A DNA stretch of 31,328 nucleotides, taken from IMG/VR virus record IMGVR_UViG_3300020458_000003, one strand, 5' to 3'. The position numbers and the translations under genes were made by a program. A model generated the notes under the pieces. That model saw only the letters and a program-made list of their open reading frames with translations, made no database searches and was not told the origin of the DNA. Of the stretch, positions 17,414 through 24,850 are shown in pieces; within the stretch, counting starts at the first letter, position 1, and every line of letters begins with the position of its first letter. The stretch comes from an uncultured virus (IMG/VR IMGVR_UViG_3300020458_000003) (taxonomy: Duplodnaviria; Heunggongvirae; Uroviricota; Caudoviricetes).

Positions 17414-20400
17414 ACGATGACACTCGCCGAAACCGCCAACAGATCTCCGGCAGTTTCTTCCATCGGCTCTACGAACACCTCAACCTCGTGCCCTTTTATT
17501 GTGATCGAATGCTTGGCATTCCAGTTGGACGAAACGTTGTAGAAATAGTCCTGAACCATATCCGGCGGCGCGAGTAGTTGCTCTGGGTCTACGATGATGT
17601 GTAAATCCAGATCGCTCCTGTTGTCCCACGAGTAGCCCGCTAGAGACCCCGTCACCTGGACGTCTATGACAGCGTCTCGCGGTATTTCGGTCCCACCAAT
17701 GAAATCCCCAGCGATCTTGCGAAGTCTCTCCAGGATATGAAGGTCGAGCTCACCGTCTGCGAACAAAGGTGACAGCTTCTCGGTTGCGAGATTCGGGCCT
17801 CTGGAGTAGCGGCGTTTGCTAGGCTGGTCCCAACGGAATCCCTTGGCATTCTTGTCCACAAGACTTTGCCACCAGGAAATTTGCCATTCGCCTTGATACT
17901 TCGAGACGCTGACCCCCTGTTTCTTAAGAGCCGCCTTGTTCTTTCGCCACTCCTTCCAGAACTCCTGAGTTGGAATGGCGCTGCGGACAGTTCTCGCGCC
18001 CTGGCTAGTGGTAACATTTCTTGGGTCAGACCAATTTAACATCCCCTGCAAACCACTCGCTCTCTTGGAGGGCGCTGGGGCCTTTTCTGACTCCGACTCT
18101 TTCGTGGCTGCAGCCACTACCTCCGCGTCTAATTGTCTACGGTATTTATGGACCAGCTTCATCGCAGCGCCGGCCTGGCGATCTGTCAGGGTGTCCTGGC
18201 TCGCAAGTTCGTGACCGTACCGTCCATCAAACCTATTGAAACCAATGTCGTTTCTGGTCAAGGCGAGGTCGGGGTCCATCGCAGCAATAGACCGCAGTCC
18301 TTCGAGTATCGCTTGTTTTTGCTCTTCAGGAACCTTAGGGGCTACTCGCTCAGGCGGAGGCAAGGGCAGCGGCTCCTGAGTGGCTGGAGGACTCCCGCCA
18401 ATGGTCGCCAGCGTAAATCCAAGTTTCCCCCCACTCGAATGGATGACTTCCCCTACCGTCTTTTGCTGGGTAGAGCCGTCGCGCTTTGTAATCTCGACTA
18501 CATCGCCAGGCTTAGCATGACCCTTAATCCGCACACCCCATTCGCCGCTAGGTAAGCTTGCAAAGCTGGCAGTAGGCTTACTACGGCCCTCGCCCGGGTA
18601 CTTCCACTCGTAAGGCTCCTCGGGAGTAAACTCTAGGGCGTCGGCTCCTGTCAGACTATTTACGTCTAAGGCTGACACCTGGCCTTGAACGCTGGCGCCA
18701 AGCGTCTTCATTTTCTCACTGATTAACGAGGCGTTCCAGTCGTCGACCTCGGTATCAGCGAATAGGAATTTTATTTCCGGAATGGATTGTGTTCTAAGCC
18801 GCCAAACGCGCCCGGCCGCTTGGACGTTTTGCACAGCCGAGAACGGCGCGGTCATCATGACAAGCGTTCGCGGGGCGTCACCAGTCGTGTCGTCTAAATT
18901 GATCCCCGTTCCGCCACTCTCAACCGTGGCAATCACAACTTTGGCGGCGCCAGACTGGAAACGGTCCATTTCCTTGGGCAGCTTACTTGGCTTCAGTCCG
19001 CCGTGTATCTGGGCAACGTCGGCGGCTGAGATGCCTCGCTTCTCCAGTTCTTCCAGAAGAAGTTTCATTGTACCTGCGGATGTGACGGCGAACTCTCCCT
19101 CCTCGTCGGCCTCGCCAACGTTTGATTCGTTCACCCGGCTGGCGAAGATTACAGCCTGCCGTCCGTTCGCTATTGCATCGACGGCAATATCGACAGTCGC
19201 TTGAACCTTGTAGGGCTCTTGCTGTCGTCGCTGGTGCATCAGAATGCGGGCTTCTTCTAATCCTGGATTATTAGAACTTCCCTCAATCATGGTCCGAATG
19301 GTATCCATCATTTCGTGAACTTCTGATGGAACCTTGACCTGCTCAATGCTAACCGGCACGCCAGTCATGTCCAGCTCGCGCTTGAGCATTTTGCCATCAG
19401 CTGTCAAACGGTCGAACAAACCGGATATTCGGCGCATGACTTCCGTTCCTTTGATGCCTGGCTTAATTTCCCACTTCATCACAGTGCCAGTACGAGTTCG
19501 CTGAGATATTTGATGAAGCCCCAGCTGCTCATATGTCTTGCCGAAATACTCATCCCCAAACACGCCAGCACGATCCAGATAGGACAGATGCTCCCACTTA
19601 TCTATTGGAGTAGCCGTGGCGAACAGCACAGCGTGAGAGTTTTCGGTGATTGCTTTGCCGTGACTAGCTTGTGCGGATGTGCGGTTTTTAAGGGCGTGCG
19701 CCTCGTCGAAGATCACGACAGTATCGCCGTCTACCAGATTTTTGATCTTGCTGAGGTTCTGGTAGCTGCTGATATTGACGACCCCTGGCGTGACCTCGTC
19801 TCTGGTTACGTTCAGCTCTACCCCCATGGCTTCGCTGTCGTCCTGCCAAGACCCGGCTACGGTCCTCTTCTTCCAGTCGGCCTTGGTAACGTTTTTCGGC
19901 GCAATGACGATGACCTTTTTGCCCTCGTCAAGAAAATGCTGCGCGACTGCGAGCATTTGTCGAGTTTTGCCGACACCGGTGCCATCACAGGTCAGGAACC
20001 CGCCGTTGGCCTCCATTGAAGAAATGGCGGCGCTCACCCCCTCCAGCTGATGGTCGCCTAGATGTTGTTGTAGGCGTTCTGGAACTCGGGATCGATCTGC
20101 CGCAGGCGTGTGTTGTTCTCTCGCGAGGATGATCCGCTCATCTTGCGATCTTCCGCGATTAGCTCCGCTATCGCTTGGGCTGCCAGAGTCTCCGTCGTCA
20201 GATAATCCTCGAACGGGATGTCCTCCACCAGATCCTCCAGATTCGCCTTCGATTGGTCCTTCGATTGGTCCTTCGACATTTTCGGTCTCCTGTAGGTCTT
20301 CAGTTTTCCCGGAATCCTCATCAACTAGCTCTAGCTTTTTCTGTTCCTTGGGGCTCGCTTCCACCGCGGCATCCGTAGAAATCCAACTGCCTCCATGCTG

Positions 20401-22638
20401 TTCCGTACCGGTCTCCGGGTTCGAGAACGTTTCTCCGGACTTTACGCGAGGGTGAGAATCCTCGTCCCATAATGTCATCTGCTTGGCGTACTTGCTGACC
20501 TGGGTGTTGATTGGTTTCTTCGTCGTCCCGATCGACAGCCAGCACTTGAACTGATCCAATGTCATAGCCGTAACGGGTCCAACCGTCCACCCGGACGAAT
20601 ACGACGACTTGTACAGGTCTGTCGCCTCTTTAACCGACGTGCAGCCGATCACCACCTTATGCTCATCGAACCGCCCACCCTGGGTCACTTGGTCAATGGC
20701 GACCACTAGCTCACTTTCTGGGTTAGGACCGATGAACACATCGAGATGGTCCCCGTCCCGTTCACTCTTTGTCAGCTTGACGTATCCATAGTGGGCGATC
20801 AGGGCGGGCCATGAAGGTCCTCGTTTGGTGCCTTTTGGGGTTTCAATAGCGACTTCCAGGCCATTCCACCAAAAAACACCTTTGCGGTAATTCCCGGCTT
20901 CCTTTTGGGATTCACTCGCCGCCGTATCGGTCCAGTCTGCCGCATCTTTGATAGCCTGGCGAAGTTCAGACGACTTCGAATACATGATCGGTCCGAAGAT
21001 ACGTCTTTTCTCACGATCCTCATCGGCATCCTTGTCCATCTGATCAGGCATTCCATCCATGGCGGACATCTGGTCTTCCGTGCCGTCGCCGACCACTCCG
21101 TCGCCATCTCCATCCTGGGGAATCTCCTGAGGCATGTCTGGCATGCCGCCTGGAGAACCCTGCTCCTGATTCTCCATCTGCTCAATCTGAGCTACAAGCG
21201 GAGGATTGAACAGCTTGAAATCATCCTTGTCCGGCATGGACAGGTCCAAACGATCAAAGATGTCGGAAGCTTTGATTTTTGCGCCCATTTGCCACAACTG
21301 CATCAGGGCCGACAGCTCTTCTTGTGGCGCGGAACTCTTGGTAGATATCCGGAACCACATATCAACGTTGCGGTACTTCGGAAAATTGACGTCTCTTAGG
21401 AAATGCAGGCATTCCTTTGTGATCGTCTCCTCTAGCTTTACCGCGTCGTACCGGACAATATGGTTAAGCGTGTCTTTTTGGAGTTCGGCAACCCCTGAAT
21501 TCATCCCGGTAGAACTGGACTTACTGGACAGCGTCTGCCCCAGAATGAACCGCGTTATCATGTCCCCGAAAAAGTCCTCGACAACACTCCTGAGGACCTC
21601 AAGGCCCTGGGTGTTGGGTGGGATCTGCTCGACCCTATACTGGTCGTTTTCTTCGGATGGCATCAGGATCACGTTCGTGTGAGCCTGCTCCTTGGATATC
21701 TTCTCGACCTCGGCTCTCGCCGTTTCATTTCCGCTCGGGTAGAAGTAGATCGTGAACCCCATGCCCGTTCGGTCAATCAATTCGGCAATCTGGGCCAAGG
21801 TCTCCTGTTTTTGATACCACACCCAATACAAGAAGTGCCTCATCCCGACGCCATGAATTTGACCACCCGAAATCGGATCCTCAAACTCACCGTCACGGAT
21901 CATGTGGCGATGTATACACCACATATTCCGTTCCCACGGCTGCAGGAAATACCCAAGACCTTCGCCAGTGGCTTCCAGCTCTCGGTGTCCTGCGATGTAG
22001 TCGTTTTTGCTTAGCGCCGCCGAAACTCGCACTCCAATCTGATCCGGGTCATAGCTCCCAGTACCGTCGTCGTACCGAAACAACAGCTTGTCACCTGAAA
22101 CAGGAATCCACTTCCGGATGACTCGCCGACGAACACCATGACGGTTGATGTGGGTGCCATAAGCATGCTGAATTCCATATCTCCCGTACCAGATAGCTTC
22201 CATCAGGCAGCGGCGATATTCCGTAAAATTGGGAATCCTCCTTATAATGTCCGTCATCTCGGCGGCCAAGGCTTTTAACTTGGGATCTTTGTCGTCTTCG
22301 GTCTCAATAGACCAATTAAGCAGCGATGCCATTGTTTGACGAGAAAACAGCGGACCAGCAACGACTGGGTCGTTGAGCATCGCATGGGCATTTTCCTGGT
22401 TATGGCGCAAGGCTTCATCGCTGTCGCGATAGGCCCGCGACAAACTCGTAACCATCCCACGGAAAGTTACGACATGAGGTACAGCCGGGCGCCCCAGGTT
22501 CGGAACGGTCCCCGCTCCAGGATCATCTGCCCGAGAGGACCCCTGAAGCAGCTTGCGGTATCGATCTGGCAAGCTTATCCCTGACGGATAATCCTGCCCA
22601 CCAATGCGAATCCCTCCCTTTGGTGCTCTAATCACCAC
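17410..22638 (-). CDS. Portal-fused polyvalent protein A (1742 aa): DUF935/Mu-gp29-like portal, InPase-like domain, Strawberry-notch-like SF2 helicase, N-half of a nucleotidyltransferase
   Basis: Portal about 22475-21200 (LNDP...LNWSIE, EAIWYG, ILGQTLSS, DAVKLEETI). InPase-like about 20935-20530 (AGNYRKG, IETPKG, HYGY, DGDHLDVFIG, FDEHKV). Helicase about 20060-18680 (DGTGVGKTRQ, DEAH, ATATP, GGTGINL, QAAGRVWR). NTase about 17780-17455 (TGS...SDLDLH). GTG start with a GGAGGGG RBS. Confidence 0.9.
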   Translation of the reverse strand: MVIRAPKGGIRIGGQDYPSGISLPDRYRKLLQGSSRADDPGAGTVPNLGRPAVPHVVTFRGMVTSLSRAYRDSDEALRHNQENAHAMLNDPVVAGPLFSRQTMASLLNWSIETEDDKDPKLKALAAEMTDIIRRIPNFTEYRRCLMEAIWYGRYGIQHAYGTHINRHGVRRRVIRKWIPVSGDKLLFRYDDGTGSYDPDQIGVRVSAALSKNDYIAGHRELEATGEGLGYFLQPWERNMWCIHRHMIRDGEFEDPISGGQIHGVGMRHFLYWVWYQKQETLAQIAELIDRTGMGFTIYFYPSGNETARAEVEKISKEQAHTNVILMPSEENDQYRVEQIPPNTQGLEVLRSVVEDFFGDMITRFILGQTLSSKSSSTGMNSGVAELQKDTLNHIVRYDAVKLEETITKECLHFLRDVNFPKYRNVDMWFRISTKSSAPQEELSALMQLWQMGAKIKASDIFDRLDLSMPDKDDFKLFNPPLVAQIEQMENQEQGSPGGMPDMPQEIPQDGDGDGVVGDGTEDQMSAMDGMPDQMDKDADEDREKRRIFGPIMYSKSSELRQAIKDAADWTDTAASESQKEAGNYRKGVFWWNGLEVAIETPKGTKRGPSWPALIAHYGYVKLTKSERDGDHLDVFIGPNPESELVVAIDQVTQGGRFDEHKVVIGCTSVKEATDLYKSSYSSGWTVGPVTAMTLDQFKCWLSIGTTKKPINTQVSKYAKQMTLWDEDSHPRVKSGETFSNPETGTEQHGGSWISTDAAVEASPKEQKKLELVDEDSGKTEDLQETENVEGPIEGPIEGESGGSGGGHPVRGLSDDGDSGSPSDSGANRGRSQDERIILAREQHTPAADRSRVPERLQQHLGDHQLEGVSAAISSMEANGGFLTCDGTGVGKTRQMLAVAQHFLDEGKKVIVIAPKNVTKADWKKRTVAGSWQDDSEAMGVELNVTRDEVTPGVVNISSYQNLSKIKNLVDGDTVVIFDEAHALKNRTSAQASHGKAITENSHAVLFATATPIDKWEHLSYLDRAGVFGDEYFGKTYEQLGLHQISQRTRTGTVMKWEIKPGIKGTEVMRRISGLFDRLTADGKMLKRELDMTGVPVSIEQVKVPSEVHEMMDTIRTMIEGSSNNPGLEEARILMHQRRQQEPYKVQATVDIAVDAIANGRQAVIFASRVNESNVGEADEEGEFAVTSAGTMKLLLEELEKRGISAADVAQIHGGLKPSKLPKEMDRFQSGAAKVVIATVESGGTGINLDDTTGDAPRTLVMMTAPFSAVQNVQAAGRVWRLRTQSIPEIKFLFADTEVDDWNASLISEKMKTLGASVQGQVSALDVNSLTGADALEFTPEEPYEWKYPGEGRSKPTASFASLPSGEWGVRIKGHAKPGDVVEITKRDGSTQQKTVGEVIHSSGGKLGFTLATIGGSPPATQEPLPLPPPERVAPKVPEEQKQAILEGLRSIAAMDPDLALTRNDIGFNRFDGRYGHELASQDTLTDRQAGAAMKLVHKYRRQLDAEVVAAATKESESEKAPAPSKRASGLQGMLNWSDPRNVTTSQGARTVRSAIPTQEFWKEWRKNKAALKKQGVSVSKYQGEWQISWWQSLVDKNAKGFRWDQPSKRRYSRGPNLATEKLSPLFADGELDLHILERLRKIAGDFIGGTEIPRDAVIDVQVTGSLAGYSWDNRSDLDLHIIVDPEQLLAPPDMVQDYFYNVSSNWNAKHSITIKGHEVEVFVEPMEETAGDLLAVSASVIV

Positions 22639-22785
22639 AACCCCTCCATAGGTATGCCTTTATTGAAATAATTGTAGTCCACCAAAAGGATTAAACACAA
22701 TCGATACGAGTTTGCCGTTGCATCGATTCTCAGCAAGTGATAAATTCCCTGGATAAACCGAAGCACATACGAGAGAGGCATTGCG

Positions 22786-23403
22786 ATGAGCGAAACCGTG
22801 TTTTTCGACCTAGAAACAGGTGGTATCGACAAAAACTTGCATCCAATAATACAGATAGCCGCCGCTGCAGTGGACTTCAGAAGCGACTACATGACGCCCT
22901 TGCGAACGTTTGAAACAAAAATCCAGTTCGATGTGTCCCATACCACTCCTGAAGCCCTCGAAAAAAACAGCTACGACCCTGCTGTGTGGGAGGACCAAGC
23001 TGTGACGGCAGATGCGGCAAGAGACGCATTCTCGTCGTTCCTCAGGGAGTATTCCTCAGTCAGGATGGTCTCGAAACGAGGAAAGAAATACAAAGTGGCT
23101 CAATTGATTGGCCACAACGCTAGCTCGTTCGATTTCCCGTTTTTGCAAAAATGGTACGAGAACAGAGGGTTCCTGCCTGCAAGCTTCTCCGTGTGGGACA
23201 CGTGCCAAAGAGCGAGATGGGCCTTCGCCGAGCGACCAGAATTGATCAAACCAGAGAGCAACTCTCTGTCCGACCTGGCGGAATACTTCAATATTACATT
23301 CGACGCCCATGACGCCATGGAGGACGTCCTGGCGACGATCAAGGTCGTATCTGCACTGAGGCGAATGGAGTCCGTAAGACCTTTGGATTTCCCTACGGAC
23401 TAG
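22786..23403 (+). CDS. DEDDh 3'-5' exonuclease (DnaQ/oligoribonuclease-like)
   Basis: FDLETGG (ExoI), GHNASSFD (ExoII), AHDAMEDV (ExoIII). Confidence 0.92.
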   Translation: MSETVFFDLETGGIDKNLHPIIQIAAAAVDFRSDYMTPLRTFETKIQFDVSHTTPEALEKNSYDPAVWEDQAVTADAARDAFSSFLREYSSVRMVSKRGKKYKVAQLIGHNASSFDFPFLQKWYENRGFLPASFSVWDTCQRARWAFAERPELIKPESNSLSDLAEYFNITFDAHDAMEDVLATIKVVSALRRMESVRPLDFPTD

Positions 23404-23406
23404 TGC

Positions 23407-23548
23407 ATGACTCCCGTTCTAAACCAAGACGCGATCACAATCTACTGTGGCGACTGCCTGGAAGTCCTTAAGGAGCTTCGGGATCGAGTTGAACCCCGAG
23501 TACTGCGAATTGGCAAAGAAGCGATTCGAGCAGAAGAGGCTGTTTTGA
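23407..23548 (+). pseudogene. Internally deleted N4/N6 DNA methyltransferase remnant
   Basis: MTPVLNQDAITIYCGDCLEVLKEL (typical MTase N-terminus) is joined out of frame near 23478 to GIELNPEYCELAKKRFEQKRLF* (typical MTase C-terminus). The catalytic and SAM-binding core is missing. Confidence 0.8.
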
Positions 23549-23553
23549 CACGA

Positions 23554-24462
23554 CTAGCGAATACTTTCTGGAAGAGTTGAACGCCTCCCACCACGACGGC
23601 CTTGACCAATATTTGGAACAGTTCGAACACGCAGGCCGCGCCGGGTTGCTTTCCTAGGGATATACTGAAATCCACCAGGAACATCGGTTAGTGTGTAAGG
23701 AAATCTGTGTTGCCACTGCGAACCGCAAACCCGCAGATTCTCCCACACCCACTGGCCTTTACTGGCTGCTGACACGAACTCCTCGAACTTATTTTCAGGA
23801 ATCCGGCGACCAGCGCCGCCATACGAATAAAGCGGTCCAGGAGCATGTGGACGGATGCCGCATCGATACTGCTGTCCAGAACAGATCGAAGTCATGTCCT
23901 TGTAGCCAATGACAGGGCTCGCTGCATTGAATCGCACGTACATCAGTCCGGACGTGTAGTCGTACTGGACTGAATACACGTTACTGGACTCTGGAGTCTC
24001 GATCTCAGGGGACAATCCTTGAACGTCGCTGGGTACGTGATCGAACGCACCGCGAACCCTAGTAGGCAGTGTGGTTATCACAGACTCATCTGGCCAGGTA
24101 TCCTCGCCTCGGACACGGAGTGGGGACGGTTGACGGCGAGTAGTCACAGATGGAGGCTGTGACTGGCGTGGACGAATCACTGAGGGGGCATGTGGAATGT
24201 CAGATTCCGGGACTGCCCTTCGTCCGCCTGGCGTTACGTTGAACCCCTCTTCAGTGAGGATCCTGACGGCATCTTCGATTTCCCTCTGCCTTGGTTTTTC
24301 ACCGCCAGAAAGGACATCGGCCACCATGCCGATTAGCTCACCAAACGGACCGAACTTCCGTCCTAGCTGGCGAAACATTCCTCCCTTAGACTGACCACCT
24401 CCTTTCTTAGAAGCGATAACGGCCTGAATTATCTGCTCTTGCTGTTCGCGGTTAAAAGGCAC
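23554..24462 (-). CDS. KTSC-domain-containing protein (302 aa)
   Basis: ESSNVYSVQYDYTSGLMYVRF...LYSY...IPENKFEEFVSAASKGQWVWENLR is a KTSC pattern with an insertion. Confidence 0.75.
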   Translation of the reverse strand: MPFNREQQEQIIQAVIASKKGGGQSKGGMFRQLGRKFGPFGELIGMVADVLSGGEKPRQREIEDAVRILTEEGFNVTPGGRRAVPESDIPHAPSVIRPRQSQPPSVTTRRQPSPLRVRGEDTWPDESVITTLPTRVRGAFDHVPSDVQGLSPEIETPESSNVYSVQYDYTSGLMYVRFNAASPVIGYKDMTSICSGQQYRCGIRPHAPGPLYSYGGAGRRIPENKFEEFVSAASKGQWVWENLRVCGSQWQHRFPYTLTDVPGGFQYIPRKATRRGLRVRTVPNIGQGRRGGRRSTLPESIR

Positions 24463-24643
24463 ACCAACATCTTACGAAATATTGGCATTTCCAGCGAATT
24501 GCTGCCTCCGTCAACCACCGCAAAGTTTAGCGATCCAGGGTCAATCGGCTCGCACCAACCTTCGTCTGGCCGCATTTTAGGAGACCCGCCGCCAGAGTCG
24601 ATCCGGCAATTGACACCCCATTTCCAGTGGGCCGAAAATTGAC

Positions 24644-24698
24644 AAAAAAACGGGGATGTCAACACGACCGGGTGCGAATCGGAAACGCTGACATCCCC
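24644..24698 (-). terminator. Rho-independent terminator downstream of the terminase large subunit
   Basis: Perfect 10-bp inverted repeat GGGGATGTCA (24652-61) / TGACATCCCC (24689-98), extendable by G-U pairs on the minus strand, followed by 7 U. Confidence 0.65.
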
Positions 24699-24850
24699 TC
24701 AAAAAGTGTTGGCAGTGGGGCCTTACCGGCAATGAAATCCATTGCCGCAGAATGTCCCACTTCGTTTCAGTGGCATGCGGGCGAACTTTTTATGCCCTAT
24801 CTGTTTAAAAGTCCCGGCTTCTCACTACTCATTGGGATTGCGAGAAACCC

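Noticed and set aside
17221..17454. Canonical group I or group II intron
   Set aside because: U/G boundaries can be drawn, but I see no P7/catalytic core or domain V consensus. Kept only as one hypothesis in the findings.
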